Source: the human T2T-CHM13v2.0 reference genome, Homo sapiens. From it: a stretch of 64,000 nucleotides of DNA. This document shows, in pieces, positions 13,440-27,783 of the stretch. The notes beneath the pieces were generated by a model that saw only the letters and a list, made by a program, of their open reading frames with translations, was not told the DNA's origin and did no database searches. Made by a program: the position numbers and the translations under genes. The stretch lies in assembly GCF_009914755.1 (NCBI RefSeq), contig NC_060929.1; one strand, 5' to 3'. Positions within the stretch are counted from its first letter, which is position 1; every line of letters starts with the position of its first letter.

Positions 13440-13862
13440 TGATTATCAGAGAACAAAGTTCCAACAAATTGAGTTTAATGATCTAATTGGCTTTTATTAG
13501 TGATTCATGGATTGGGCGGCTTCTCCTCTGTGAAGTAGGAAGGTGCTCTGCTGAGCTGAGCAGAGGGAGCTGGCTTTATAGGCAGAAAAGGACTGAATTA
13601 AGAACAAAAAGTAGATTAATTGTTTCAAAGTTACTTTCCCTACAGAGTAAAAACAGAGGGGATTTCTTTATCATGCTGGCTCAGGTAGACTAGGCCCTTT
13701 TCTGTTGGAATCTCCTATTTTATTTTGAAAATTGGCCCATTTTAAAATTCAGCTTATGTGACACCTAGCATGAATGACTCCATTTTAGTTTTGTCTGGTC
13801 TTTGGGCTTAGTGCAGGAGCTTAGTCCAAAACAGTGGCCTGTGGTAGGAAATTTCTTTAACA
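13440..13862 (-). mobile_element. ERV1-class solo LTR (subfamily uncertain)
   Basis: TG...CA ends; minus-strand AATAAA (~13494) and TATAAA (~13575); gactccatttt motif common in ERV1 LTRs. Confidence 0.6.
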
Positions 13863-14064
13863 TGGTTTAATACCTGTGTCAATACAGTGAATATTATCTT
13901 TAATCTGCTCATCAAAGGGTTTGATGATTAAATGAGCTAATGCCTACATAACATTAAGAGTCTCAGATTAAAAGAGTGCTAAAATATTTAGTTTCTTCCT
14001 GCTAGTGAATGTAAGCTGTGTTTGAATAAACATACTGTAAGTTTAGTATGTGTTTTATATGTAT

Positions 14065-15290
14065 TCCATCCATAAATTCATTTAACAAATACTAATTGCA
14101 CACTGATCATGTATCAGCCACTGTTCAGTGTGTTTGCAATACTGTGTTTACAGCAATGAACAAGGCAAGGTAGGCAGGGGAAAGAATCTGTAGAGCATAT
14201 TAAATAATTTGGATTTTATTCTAACTATGAAGGAAGCCATTGGAAGATTTACTGTAGGAAAGTTACATAATTTGTAAATATATACTGAATTATATAATTT
14301 GTAAATAGAAGGCTGTATTCTCTGCATGCAATGAATTATTTGGAAAAACGAAGTTAACAGTCTTGGGGGAGGCTATTAGAGGAGTCCAGGGGAAAAATGA
14401 TGGTGGCTTGAGTTGGGGTTAAAAAAAGGGGAAATGCAAAGCTGCAGCCCCAGAAAGTAGTGTCTATGAGACTTACGATGGAATGGACAGATATAGGGGG
14501 CAAAGGAAAGAAAGGAATCAATCATGAGAATAATGTTTTTGGCCTGAGCAAGTATGTAGATGCTAAAGATAGAGAAGTATGGGAAGAACAGATTTCAGGA
14601 GTGGGGAATCAGCAGGTCAAATCAGAAGTTAGATTTCTAGTCTGGAGTTCAAGTGTGAGGTTAGTGTATAGGGAAGGTAGATTTGGGTTTCATTGCAATA
14701 GAGACGACATTTAAAGCCCAAGAGTAGATGATACAATATCTGTGCAAGCAGAGAAAAAGGTTCCAGGACTGAACCCTGGAATATTCCCATAATTTAGAGG
14801 CTAAGCAAGAAGATGGGTTCTGCAGTTGAAACTAAGGAAGGACCATAGGCATAGAAACTGAGAGATCATGGTGTCATAGAAGCCAACAAAAGTGTTTTGA
14901 TAAAACAATGAATCTTTGCACATGAGGTAAGTTGACCTCATGACTTCCTTCTCTTCATGAAGCAATTTTGCATAATCATTAACTACTCATTGCTACTGAG
15001 AGTTCAGCTGTGACAGGGAGAGAGAAGTGACTGATGGATTTAGGATCATGGAGGTTGTTGATTATACTAACAAGCAGAAGCCCAGTTTGATTGGTTTAAA
15101 AGGAAAATGGAAACTAAAAAAATGGAAGTAGTGAGTATGGGGACTCTTTCAAGAAACGTTCGTAGGAAGTAGAACAGAGAAATAGGTTGGTAGCTTGGAA
15201 AAATTATACTAGGTTATATCAGAAAATAGATTATACTGGAGTGCTGATTATACTACAGTATGTTTGGAAGCTAATGGAAATGATCTAAGA
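14065..15290 (-). mobile_element. L2 fragments
   Basis: cattcatttaacaaatact-type terminus, ggaagccattggaagattt, ttttggcctgagcaa, ggtgtcatagaagccaa. Confidence 0.7.
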
Positions 15291-15689
15291 AATAAGGGGA
15301 ATTTTTAAAAATTTCACAAGTGAAGTTGAAGAGGTGAGAATATAATCATCAAGGAATTACACAGTTGTGACCAGTTGAAAATTCATATTCTGGGAGTTTG
15401 ACATTAGGTAAGAGCTTTGATAAAACAATTTTAGTGTAAAATTATTAAACAATACAGGTAAATTAACCTTATAACTTCTTTCTAAGAAGCAATCTTGCAT
15501 AATGACTTCTTGATAAAAATTGTAAATGTCTTATTGACTAAATAGAAACTGCTTTTAAAACCATGGAGAAAGCATATGTACACATATGTGTGTGTATGTG
15601 TGTGTGTATACGTGTGTGTATGTATATATATACAATTATATATGTAATTTTTCTCCCTGAAGATGTGCCAACAGTAATTTGGTTCAGTT

Positions 15690-16828
15690 TTTTTTCAGCT
15701 CCGACATATGAGTGAGAATATGTAGTCTTTGCCTTTCTGTGACTGGCTTATTTTACATAGCATAATGTCCTCCAGTTCCATCCATGTTATTGCAAATGAC
15801 ATGATTTCCTTCTATTTTATGGCTGAATAGTTTCCCATTGTGTATCTGTACCACATTTTCTTTATGCATTTATCTATTGATGGACACTTAGGTTACTTCC
15901 ATATCTTGGCTATTGCTAATAGTGCATCAGTAAGCATGGGAGTGCAGATAGCTTTTTGACATACTGGTGTTCTTTCTTTTGAGTATATACACAGCAATGG
16001 AATTGCTGGATCATATGGTATTTGTATTTTTAGTTTTCTGAGGAACGTCTGTACTCTTCCATAGTGGCTGTACTAATTCCCACCAACAATGTACCAGGGG
16101 TCCGCTTTCTCTGCATGCTCACCAGCATTAATTATTGCCTGTCTTTTCAATAGAAGCCATTTTAAGTGGGGTGAGATGGTAACTCATTGTAGTTTTGGGT
16201 TGCATTTCTCTGATTATTAAGGATGTTGAGCATTTTTTCACATACCTTTTGGCCATTTGTATGTTGTCTTTTCAGAAATGTCTATTCAGACCTTTTACCC
16301 ATTTTTAAATTGGATTATTTGACTTTCTTTATTGAGTTGTTTAAGCTCCTTATATATTCTGGATATTAATCCCTTGTCAGATGGGTAGTTTGCAAATATT
16401 TTCTTGCAAATATTTTCTCCCATTCTGTTGGTTGTCTCTTCACTTTGTTGATTGTTTGCTTTGTTGTACAGACACTTTGTAGCTTGATATAATCCCATTT
16501 ATTCACTTTTGCTTTGGTTACCTATGCTTTTGATGTCTTACTTAAGAAATCTTTGCCCAGAACAATGTTCTGGAGTGTTTCTCAGTGTTTTCTTCTAGTA
16601 GTTTCATAGTTTCAGGTCTTAGATTTAAGTCTTTAATTCATTTCGATTAGATTTTTGTGTATGGCAAGAGATAGGGATCTAGTTTTATTTTTCTGCATAT
16701 AGATATCCAGTTTTCTCAGCAACATTTATTGAAGAGACTGTCGTTACCTTAATGTATGTCCTTGGCACCTTTGTCAAAAATAAGTTGACTGTTAATGCAT
16801 GGATTTATTTCTGGGTTCCCTATTCCAT
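15690..16828 (-). mobile_element. L1MA/L1PB-type fragment (ORF2 3' end and 3' UTR)
   Basis: atatgagtgagaata...ccatccatgttattgcaaatgac...; ORF 16295..16498 contains [23 protein letters not shown]. Confidence 0.9.
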
Positions 16829-17539
16829 CCAAATATTGGCGGTGTTTTTGGCTCCTGTGTTGTAGATTTTAAGAGGAATCATATTAAAATGTGTGGCTTC
16901 CTTTTTCTTTTAGAAGTTTGGTAGTTTAAAAGAATAAAGAGAGAAGTTATAAAAAGAAATATTTTCACAGCTTCTCCAGAGAAAGAATACCCGTTGGTAA
17001 CAAAACACGCAGTACATCTTCAGAAATGATTTTCATTATGAAAAGTCAAAGCCTATCCTAGATCAGTTTTATGCTGTTAATTGAACTTCTAAAAGACTTA
17101 AGAGAACCTGTAGTGTCTTGTCAGGTATAATTGTTATAAAGCATAAAATCCTCAGGCAAAATTAAAAAAAAATCTGACATGCTTCTATCCTTGTTATGAG
17201 TCCCAACAACCACAATATATTAATTTTCATTGGTGGAGAACCTTTCAAAAGCAATATGTTTAGGAAATCTTCCTTTATTGCTTCTTATATAATGAAAGCA
17301 TCCTTATATTGTTGTTTGCATTGCTTACATGAAAAGAGACATTTGATTTATCACTGTCAAGATCTAACTCGCGGCAGCAGTTTGCATTCAGTGGGGATTT
17401 GGGAAGTAGTACGTTTTGGGCCCCTCTTAACTCCTTTTGTGTGTTCTCAGTTCTTAAAGCTGCACATCACAGTTTGTTGGCAATTATAATAATAAAAAGC
17501 TGGTGATAACATCACCCTGAATAAGAAGTGTTTTCCTTC

Positions 17540-17901
17540 TGCTTTAGGTCTTTCAGGCCTGGTCTGATCACTCTATTCAGCAACCCTCAGCCCTCTTTCA
17601 GCTCGCCTCTTCCTTATGGTCCTGGGTGGTATCCCTGTTTCTGACAAAAGGGAAGAATGGAAGAAGAAGGTGGCAGAGACATCTGCCAGCTGCCTCTGAA
17701 AGGAAGATCCCAGAAGCTGTGGCAGAATACTTTTGTTTGTACCATACTGGGCAGAACTTAATTATATCATAATTCTTTAGAGCAGAGGAGCCTGGGATAT
17801 ATAGTCCTGATTCAGTGCACCATATTCTAAGCTAAACATCAGGTTTCTATAGAAAAAGATGTAAATAAATATCGGGGTCAACTAGTAGTAACTGCCATAC
17901 C
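17540..17901 (-). mobile_element. Old MaLR LTR fragment (MLT1-like)
   Basis: gggcagaactta...atatcggggtcaactagtagtaactgccataca resembles an antisense MLT1J/K end. Confidence 0.5.
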
Positions 17902-20900
17902 ATCCAACTCCTGACGCCACAAAAGCCTGCTTTTCCATGAAATACACCATGCTTTTGAGCTGACCTTTGCTCCTCCTCTTCCCCTTACCATAACTATTTG
18001 ACATGGAATCTTTGAAAATGGGAAAGGGGCATCTCTTCTTTCAGACCAACCTGTGCTAGGTTGCAAGTCTTATTGAGCAGAACACAACTTAGATAGCCAC
18101 TTCCTGGGAAACCTTCAGCTTGGAGCCCTTGTGCTCCAAGTCTCCAGGGCCATACATGACAGGCCTGTTTCTTTGTTCTGATACATCTCCTGTGTCCTCT
18201 GCTACATGTCAGGAGAAGGTCATCTAATGATCCAATTAAAATAATTGTTTTTTTTTTTTTTACCTTCCTTAGGGGGTGTGTATGAAATATTTCTGAGATG
18301 GGATAAAGTATTTTCAGTCATCTTATAGCCTTCAGTGTGAAACTTTCCAATGGCAGCATTCCTGATCTTAAGAAAAGTCTGTCTCACCTGCGTATAGTTT
18401 TCATTAGGAGGCTGCAGCTGGGAGTGCTTCCTCTGAGAAAACATGTCATTTAAACACCAATGGGTGCAGGAGACTACAATTTCATCCCCCATCACCCCAG
18501 GTAGAGTTTGTAATGCTACCATATTTGAGATGATTTATTGGCATATAAAAATTGGCCAGCTATTTCAGAAGCATTAAGTTATTGTGCCTTCTGTTGTAGT
18601 CCATGTATTTTGTAATTTATCTCAGAGTTCAGAACTGACAGAGTTGAGAGAGAATATTCAATTCAGTGAATCTTCCCCTCCCATTTTTTTCTTAATTCCA
18701 AAAGTCAAGGACCTGTGACTTACTAAATAACCGATTGTATTGTTCTGTGCCTTTCATTTCTGTGGCCGATTAATTCAAGTGGGTGGAGTATAGCTGCAAC
18801 AGCCTCCACTATCAGAATGAGATTGATGATGTTCTGTGGCTGAACCTGTCTCCCTTTTGGTAACTCTTTATATTTTATTTTTAAACATACTAGTGTCTTA
18901 TTTAGCTAGAAAAGGTGAGTGAATTAATAAAAGAGCTTTCTCATTAGTAGGAAAAAGTTCTTATTGGTTGGTAAGAACTCATGCCTTTGTACGCAAAACT
19001 TAATGATTAAAAAACTGCTAAAGCAATTCTGATTTTTTTCTGTCTTCTTTTTACAGGTAATTCTTATAAGATACTCTGTTCTTCTTTTTATATTTTATGT
19101 TCTCCTGTATCTATATCATGCCCTAAAAATGTCGTAGCTTTGTAATAATATTAAGAAACATGACTAAGTAGCTGAACCAAATTTTATTTTGTGTGCCCAA
19201 GCTGTTCCCTTTTTTGTGTGTCCAATTAAAATATGTTACAGTTTTCTTAGTGAATGTTTTATTATAATATTTGAAGGATGAGGGACAGCTGGACTGAGTA
19301 GTTGTTTTTGAGAAAGTTTTAAGGCTTATGGAGATCTGCTTTAAAATTATATATAGTTGTTTTTCTTTGCCATTCATTTCTCATTTGTGTCACTGCCGCT
19401 GAAAACTGAAGTTCGATAGTTAAGGAAAGAGTTTTTCAAGTAAATATTAAGGCATTTTATAATAAGCCAAATGTATGACTAAGGTTAAAAGATATGGTAT
19501 ATACTTCTATGTGTTTACTAATCCCTCTCCCCTCGGGCACAGCTATGTTCCATTTCCCAGCTTCCCTAGTAGTTTGCAGAGGAGGATGAAGCCTTAGCCG
19601 ATAGTGGGACACAGCAGTCAGCCAGCCTGGGTCCCTCAGTGACTGTATGGAGCTGAGTCCCCCACTCTTCCTCATATAATATGATGTGTACAAGAAGTCA
19701 GCCTGTATTGTGTTAAGTTTTTGAAATCTAGGTTTATTATAGTATTACCTAATGTCATATCAGAATTGTTCCAAAAAACTATTTGCTTCTCAGACCGTTG
19801 GGCCCCTGGAATCCAACTGTGTGCCCTGGAGGAAATAGAAATGGGATTTGGTGAAAATAGAGTGTTGTCTCTGACAGATATTTTGTTAAAATGTTCATGT
19901 GTGGATGTTATATGTGCTTAAAGATTCTATGCATCTGGTATGACCCCAGCTCTCTCCTAACCCTGTAATGTGGTGCGAGTTGTATACTCACTAGGAGTGT
20001 TTGGGATAGTCCAGCATCAAGAAGATATTTCAGTTCACTCTACATTATGAATATTTCTGCAGCAGATAATTAACTTCTCTAATTGTGTTGCTTTATAGCC
20101 TGCTTACTGGAATGATCTGTAATGCAGCTTGGCAGCAGTGAATAGTTATCAGATGCCATTTGAAATGATTTGCTGATTAAAGATGAGAGTTATTAAATCT
20201 TGCCCAGCCTTTTCACTTGGTGAATGTTAAAATATATTCTCGCCTCTTACATATGATAATAGCTTTTCCTTTACATGCAAATAGTAGTAGTAAGCTAAAC
20301 ATTTCTTTCTCTTGAGAATCAACTTTTAGATGACTTGAATGATAAATTTTTGATAAATTAAAAAATATTTATAATTGTGTACATCGAAAGTCTCATGTTT
20401 TACAAAACTCACTCCAGAATTCTAGAGTGAAGTCCTGTCTTTCTTAGGAAGCAATGGAAAGGTATTAAATATCTCTCAAGTGTTTAATTCATTGTATTCT
20501 CTACTAGGTATAGATTGTTGTCTCTCAGTTTCTAAATTAAACAGTTGCCTTCTCAAGACTTTGGTGATGATGATTATGATGATGGCAATTACAATATTAA
20601 TATGACTGAGTGTTTGGATATCAAAGATGAGAAGAGGCCTTTCCTTTCTAAAAGAAGTGATTTTTTTTGTGTGTGGTTGATTTGTATTTAATTTCATTTA
20701 GGTAGGTTTGGTTCTGGATGGATACTAGATTTTTGTGCTAATTGTGTCACCTTCTTATTGTGTGACATTAGATAAACCTCTTAACCTCTTTTTACAATTA
20801 GAGGAAAAACTAAGTTCTTAAAGGTATGTAGAAAGAACATCAAAAGACAAAACTAAGTGACTGAAAAGGAAACATAAGAAAAAAGTATATATTAGTAAGG

Positions 20901-21170
20901 AATATTTTCAGATTTTGCCAAACAGGCTTTTTACTATTCTTTATTAGATTTAAAAAATATTCTTTTAGGAGGAAGGTGAGAATTATTAAAAAGTTTTCTA
21001 CTTGGTCAAAGTTTTAAATTCGTGAGGCATTGAAATTATTTTCTAAAATTTGTTGATGAGAAATTTAGTTTTCCTTTTAAATATTAAGTAGAGAATTTGA
21101 AATCCTCCAGGAGAAATTATTCTCTTTAGGCAAACATTCATTTTTAAATTAAAAAAGAATCATTTTCACA

Positions 21171-21271
21171 AAGAGAGGGTCTTGCTGCATTCCCCAGGCT
21201 TGCCTCAAACTCCTGGGCTTAAGTGGTCCACCCTACTCGGCCTCCTGAGTAGTTGGGACTATAGGCATCCC
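21171..21271 (-). mobile_element. FLAM / Alu monomer fragment
   Basis: gggtcttgct...ctcaaactcctgggcttaagt...gcctcctgagtagttgggactataggc. Confidence 0.8.
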
Positions 21272-21860
21272 CTCCTTCAAACATCTAACTGTAAAATGAT
21301 GTGCCTATAAATATTCTTCAGGACCAGCTGTAGAAATTCTTGAAAATACGATTGTCTGTTTATATTATATGCCTTTCCTTTCTGCTTTTGGAATGAACAA
21401 ATAAATATAGCTCAGTGAAATTATATTATATATGTGAAAATTGATTCTTTACTTTTACCTACCTCATTAAGCATGCAAATTGCTAAGTTTTCAGTAGATG
21501 CATTTAAAATAAATTATAGCTAATCAAATGTGTTGCTTTATTTCCTTTTAAATGACACAGTGTATGTGCCAGCACAGCAAAAGAAAAAAAAATCAGTTTG
21601 GTTATTCTTTACTGAAAGCAGAAGTTGATTGGTTCAGGGAAAAAAATTGTAGCTACATGAATTGATATGTAGATGAGTTTCCACAATTTGTCAGAAATGG
21701 CTGCTTATGATGTATGGTGAAATGTAAGATAATTCTTTCCTCTTCTGCCATCTGTCTACAATTTATTCTTTTATTAAGGAATGTATTGTAATTATGTTGT
21801 TTTTAATTTTTTTTGGTAAAAGCAATACATATTACAATTTTGACTATATTATGATGCTCT

Positions 21861-22383
21861 CTTTTTATTGGTTTTTGTTTCAGTAGCTTTGGGGGTACAA
21901 GTGGTTTTTTTTTGCATGGATGAATTACACGGTGGTGAATTCTGAGATTTTAGTGCACCTGTCACCTAGGTAGTGTACATTGTACCTACTGTGTAGTTTT
22001 TTATCCCTAGACCCCCTTCCTCCCTCCCACTCTGAGTCTCAAAAGTCCATTATATCACTCTGTTTGCCTTTGCGTACTCGTAGCTTAGCTCCCACTTTTA
22101 AGTGAAAACGTATGGTTTTTGGTTTTCCACTCCTGAGTTACTTCACTTAGAATATGGCCTCCAGTGCCATTTATGTTGCTGTAGAACACATTATTTTGTC
22201 CCTTTTTAGTGGCTGAGTAGTATTCCATTGTGTGTGTATGTGTATATATATATATACACATATGTGTATGTATACTATATATGTATAGATATATGTATGT
22301 ATGTATATGTGTGTATATATATATATATAAAACATGTTCTGTATCCACTCATTAGTTGATGGGCACTTAGATTGGTTGCACAA
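21861..22383 (-). mobile_element. 5'-truncated L1PB 3' end with internal (TA/TG) microsatellite
   Basis: gggggtacaagtggttttt...ggatgaattacacggtggtgaattctgagattttagtgcacc; 16-bp TSD TATATTATGAT(G/A)CTCT at 21845 and 22384. Confidence 0.9.
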
Positions 22384-25300
22384 TATATTATGATACTCTT
22401 TAATATATTTTATTTAACATTTGTATTGTTTTAAAGTACTTAAATGCCTTTTAATTTTTGTCGATGTAATAGTTTAATACCAGTAAAATAAATTTCATTA
22501 TTTTACATGAACAATCTTACATGTTTGTGTTGCATCAAATGATGGCTAATGTCTAAAGTAAGAAAAGGCAATTAATGAATTATTCATCTGTACTTGTAGC
22601 AAGATACTTAGTTATACACAGGTTCAAATAAAAATCTTATGTTTAAATCCTCACTTTTAATCTGGGAAAATATTGGCTAAATATTGCTCCCTAACATGAA
22701 TGCATGTTCGGTCAGGGTATCTGTGAAATTCAAACATATTTCATGTGTTCACTGCTAATATGGCTGTCAATTAAAGCAAAATTAGTGGGCTAGCTAACAG
22801 AAGTTAAAAGATATTTTTTAAATTTGCTGATTGTTTTTTCCATGGCAAACGGTTTCCATTATTTATACAGTATACAACACTTGTGCTCAGGCAACTGTCT
22901 GTAGTTTAGTTAAATTGCAATAGAAGTAGATCTGCTGGATCTTAAGATAGTCTTTCTAAAATATAATCAGTGTGTTCTTCTCTGTTGGTTTTTGTGTTTT
23001 GAAATGACACTGCTAATGTTGGCATTATCAGCTTGTAAGCAATACTGCTTAGATAGTATACAAAGTTAGTTTTTCTGATTTTGTGCATATACACAAGATT
23101 TCCTTCAAATCATGACCGGAGACACATCCTGTAGAGCCTGAGCTGTTTATGGTTATGCTACCTACTCCTATGGTATTGTGATGCCTCATTTTTGAAAGCT
23201 GACAACTTGATTGCTTTATATGTGGTTATTCCACAGCTTATGCCATGTTGTTACAAGTCGTCCTCCTCCCTACTTATTTTTTTTTTAAATTTTTTATTTT
23301 TTTATTTTAGCTGTGTGTCAAACAGACCTGGGTTTGAAGCTTCACTTTAATTCCCTTAGTAGCACAGTGACTTTGGGAGCATTTCTAAACTTGGGAGTCT
23401 GTTTCCTCGACTATACAATAACAGTGAATTTATGGTGTTTTATTTAATGATGTCATTAAGTGCGTAGTACAAAAAAGGTGTTCAGTAAAAATCTATCCAA
23501 TGGAGGATGTATGTGTAATCTAGTTCATTAGCTACTTTTCAAGCTTTACTTTTTTTCCCGCATTTTACAAATATGTTTTTATTGATAGGAGTACCTCAGA
23601 TCTGATCACGAACTCTAAGAGGGGAAGCTGCTTTTTCTTGTTTAGCCACATGATTAGCATCACTAACCACTGTAAAGCATATTGTATATTGCCAATGATG
23701 TGTCAATTAAAAATCCACTGGGAACAAAGCCCCATTTAACAAAGTTGTCTTGAGCACAGCGATGATTGAGGAAATTCCTTTACCCCAGTGTGGGAAATCC
23801 CACAAGGGAGCTGTTTTGCCCACTGGTCTCATGTAGACTTGCTGGCTCCTGAATATTCTCTGAGAAGGGCAAAACCACTGGGAATTGTGCAGGCTGGTCA
23901 TATGCAAGTACAAAGGAGACGGTCTAGGGCCTGTCAACTGTGGATCATCTCTGTCCTCATGCTACAGGCCATTCTGCTTGCTTCTAAAGCAAGACTGCTT
24001 TATTTGGTAGGTTGGGTGGAAATATTGTAGAGGAAATTTGTATTTTAGAATAACACATCTCTCTGTTTCCTATATTAATTCTTTTTGTGGAAATAACCCA
24101 AAGATTGTGTCGTTAGGAACTACTCTCTCATTTGAGGACTAGGCCATCTCATGCTATCTGGTAAAGATGACATTTACAGTCATAAATCAAAACCATCTGA
24201 AATTTTCCAGGGTCTTTCTGAAGGTTGTGAGAAAAACACAGGCAATTCCTTTGTATAGTAGTATTTTGTGAGGGACAGGGCATAGCTCTGATAATAGTTT
24301 TTGGTAATCATTTTATCTTTAGTTTTCTACCTATCAGTGGGCTGTAGTATTTTTATGACTTCCTTTACCCTTCTTTAGATGAACATTTGAGATACTTCCT
24401 TGTACTAAGAACTGCAGGCACATTTAGACACGTTGTGAGTCAGACCTGGCTTTTGCGTGCCAACTACTCCCTTCTGTTGTTGGAGTGTACCCAGTCCCTG
24501 CTCCTGCTCCCACTTCCCACCCGGACTTGGTGTTCTTTTGAAAAAATGGACATGGATCCACTCAAACTTTGTCCCTGTTTTCATATTTTTGTTCTTTGTT
24601 TAGGTAGTATGTCAACTGCTTTGATCCAGCTTTTGGCCAGAGTACGTGTGGACTATATTGTTCAAAAGTAAAATACTTCTGTTAATGTACATGGCTTGTA
24701 GGCTTGTTTTTAGTTAATTTTGACAGAATGTGTGAATGTCAGTTATGGTCTATACCTTCCACTGTGCCAGGGGCTACATAGAGAAATAAAATATAATAAC
24801 CACTAAAGGGAAGTTTGGATTCTACATTTAATTTGGAACTATAAGGCTGAAAAAGTGAAAATTTTGAAGAATGAGGATGGTATATTCAAATTCCGCAATT
24901 ATTTTCTTTTACTCATCCACGTATTTTTGTCCCATCATCGCATCCTGCAGGAAACTTTCCTGGTACCCTTTGTCAAGTTATGGGGCCCTTATGTGATGCC
25001 ACAATACATGGTGTGGTCCGCCTTCAGAGTTGAAAATTACAACTATAATTTTCATTTATTTGGGTGATACTTTAATTGTGTTTTCCCTTGCTGGACTAGA
25101 AACTTCTGAATTCAAGGCCCCTGTCTATTTTTACTTTCCACCTGTGTTGGCACAGAGTGGGTCTTCAGTAATCATTTACTTCATAATTGGTTGAATGAAT
25201 GTGTGAGTTCCAACTACTAATGATCAGTGAGAGTTAATTTTTGAATTCAAAATTCTTGCCAGTGCCGAGACCTTGGGAGTGCCAGCATTGATTGCTTCTG

Positions 25301-27406
25301 TGTCATTTTTCTAGGTAGAAGTAAATGATGGCTTAAGTATTTCCTATCAATTCTAATGAATATTTCTAAGGCATTTCCCTGTTCCCTTTATTAATTGACA
25401 ACATCCAGTGCAGAAGCTTCATTGATATTGTAATTTTAGAGTTGGGTATAAGTGATGAATTGATGCTATTGCAATTAGACTGACTTGAATTTATCTGTGA
25501 ATTAGCTCATAAAAATGATTCTGTTGATCTTAACATTTTGAGTTTTGAGAAGGTTTTAATAGCATTTTGATTTATCTTTTAAAATTGACATCATTTTCAT
25601 TTTTTTGTCTCTATGACATTCAGAGTGCAACTTAATTTGCAGTTTATCAATCTGTCTATTGTTATGGTGGGCCCTTGTTTTCATAGGAATCACACGTTTA
25701 AATTAAGGTCCCATAGTTTCCTCAGTTCCTAAAGAACTACACAGAATTTTTTTTTTTTGGCACCCAAATAAGTCAGTTACTGCTCTCCCAGAATTCGTTG
25801 TCTTTCCTTTCCTTTTTTGAGACCACTATTAGAAATATGTCCCAAAGAGAAAACAAAACTAATATTTTAATATTTAAAGTATTTTAATATCAAGGAAGTT
25901 AGCTGTTTTTGAGTTGATAACTTCTCCATCAAAGTTTAAAATGTTGCATAATGTATAAAGTATAATTTTGATGTCACTCTTAAAATGAAATTGTATAATA
26001 AATATTTTAGACTAAGTTTTTCCATATTTTATATTGGAGATATATATGTACCTGAAAAATACTTAAAAATGTGATGAGACAAATCCAAGATGTTTGTTGA
26101 TGTTGAAAAAGGCAACTTATTATCTAATTTTTATTGGAACTGACTGAGAGTTAAACATTTTTTCTCATAAATTTACTTAGATATGTGATAATTTTATGGT
26201 CCAGTCTTATGGAACACATTAGTGTGCAGTTGTTCAAAATTGCTCCTCTTCTAAAGTGAAAATCTCATTCACCTAACAAAATAAAACTAGATAAATTTTT
26301 GTTTTCCTACTGCTTTGGTGACTATGAACTAAGTAAAAATAGTTTTTAGTAGGGTCATCTCATTGTTATAGGAACTCTGGATAACTAATCAATTTGCAAA
26401 AGTAATGCCAAATGGAGTGAGATATGCCTCCTTTCACAGAATTTGCTTTGCTAAGGAAAGAGCATACAGGGGAAAAAACTTTTTTTTCACACTTGGCTAT
26501 TTAATACATTGCATAATTGTTTTAAATTGATTTCTGATGAGTTGCTAAATATGCTGTACAAACTGAATTAAACAAGTGTTGAAATGATAAAATGTAATGA
26601 AAGGTATTTGGACCAAAGGAGAACTAAGTTCTGGACCAAGTGCTGTGTAACTAGGACAAATTGATAGACCTCTCTGAGCCTTAATATTCTTGCGTGTAAA
26701 ATAAAAGGAACAGATAGATGGTCCATTTTGTAACTCTAGGTCTGTGAGTGTTCTGGGAATAAATTTTGTTTTTCTTGCCGTTCAGAAAGCTTACTCTTTC
26801 TGAGTTATTTCTTTTCAGTTAGGTGTGAATATCTCCTCAGGCATCTTCCATCCATCTCTTCAAGATTAGCTGTCTCAAATGTTTTTCCTTCTCTTCTTTA
26901 CTGATAAATTTGGACTCCTTCTTGACACTGATGACAGCTTCAGTATCCTTCTTGTCACCTTGCAGACTTTAAACATAAAAATACTCATTGGTTTTAAAAG
27001 GAAAAAAGTATACATTAGGACTATTAAGCTTGGCCTTGAAACATTTTCTATCTTTTATTAAATGTCGGTTAGCTGAACAGAATTCATTTTACAATGCAGA
27101 GTGAGAAAAGAAGGGAGCTATATGCATTTGAGAATGCAAGCATTGTCAAATAAACATTTTAAATGCTTTCTTAAAGTGAGCACATACAGAAATACATTAA
27201 GATATTAGAAAGTGTTTTTGCTTGTGTACTACTAATTAGGAAGCACCTTGTATAGTTCCTCTTCTAAAATTGAAGTAGATTTTAAAAACCCATGTAATTT
27301 AATTGAGCTCTCAGTTCAGATTTTAGGAGAATTTTAACAGGATTTGGTTTTGTCTAAATTTTGTCAATTTTTTTAGTTAATCTGTATAATTTTATAAATG
27401 TCAAAC

Positions 27407-27783
27407 TGTATTAGTCCGTTTTCATGCTGCTATGAAGAAATACCCAAGACAGGGTAATTTATAAAGGAAAGAGGTTTAATTGACTCACAGTTCAACAGGC
27501 CTGGGGAGGCCTCAGGAAATTTACAATTATGGCAGAAGGGGAAGCAACCATGTCCTTCTTCACATGATAGCAGGGGAGAAAAGTGCTGAGCAAAAGGGGG
27601 AAAAGCCCTTTGTAAAACCATCAGATCTCAAGAGAACTCACTCACTATTATGAGAACAGCAGCATCGGGTTAACCGCCTCCATGATTAAATTACCTCCCA
27701 CCGGGTCCCTCCTATGACACGTGGAGATTATGGGAACTGCATTCAAGATGAGATTTGGTTGCGGACACAGCCAAACCATTTCA
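27407..27783 (-). mobile_element. THE1C/THE1D-like MaLR solo LTR
   Basis: tgtattagtccgttttcatgctgct...ggacacagccaaaccatttca with a perfect 5-bp TSD CAAAC. Confidence 0.93.
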
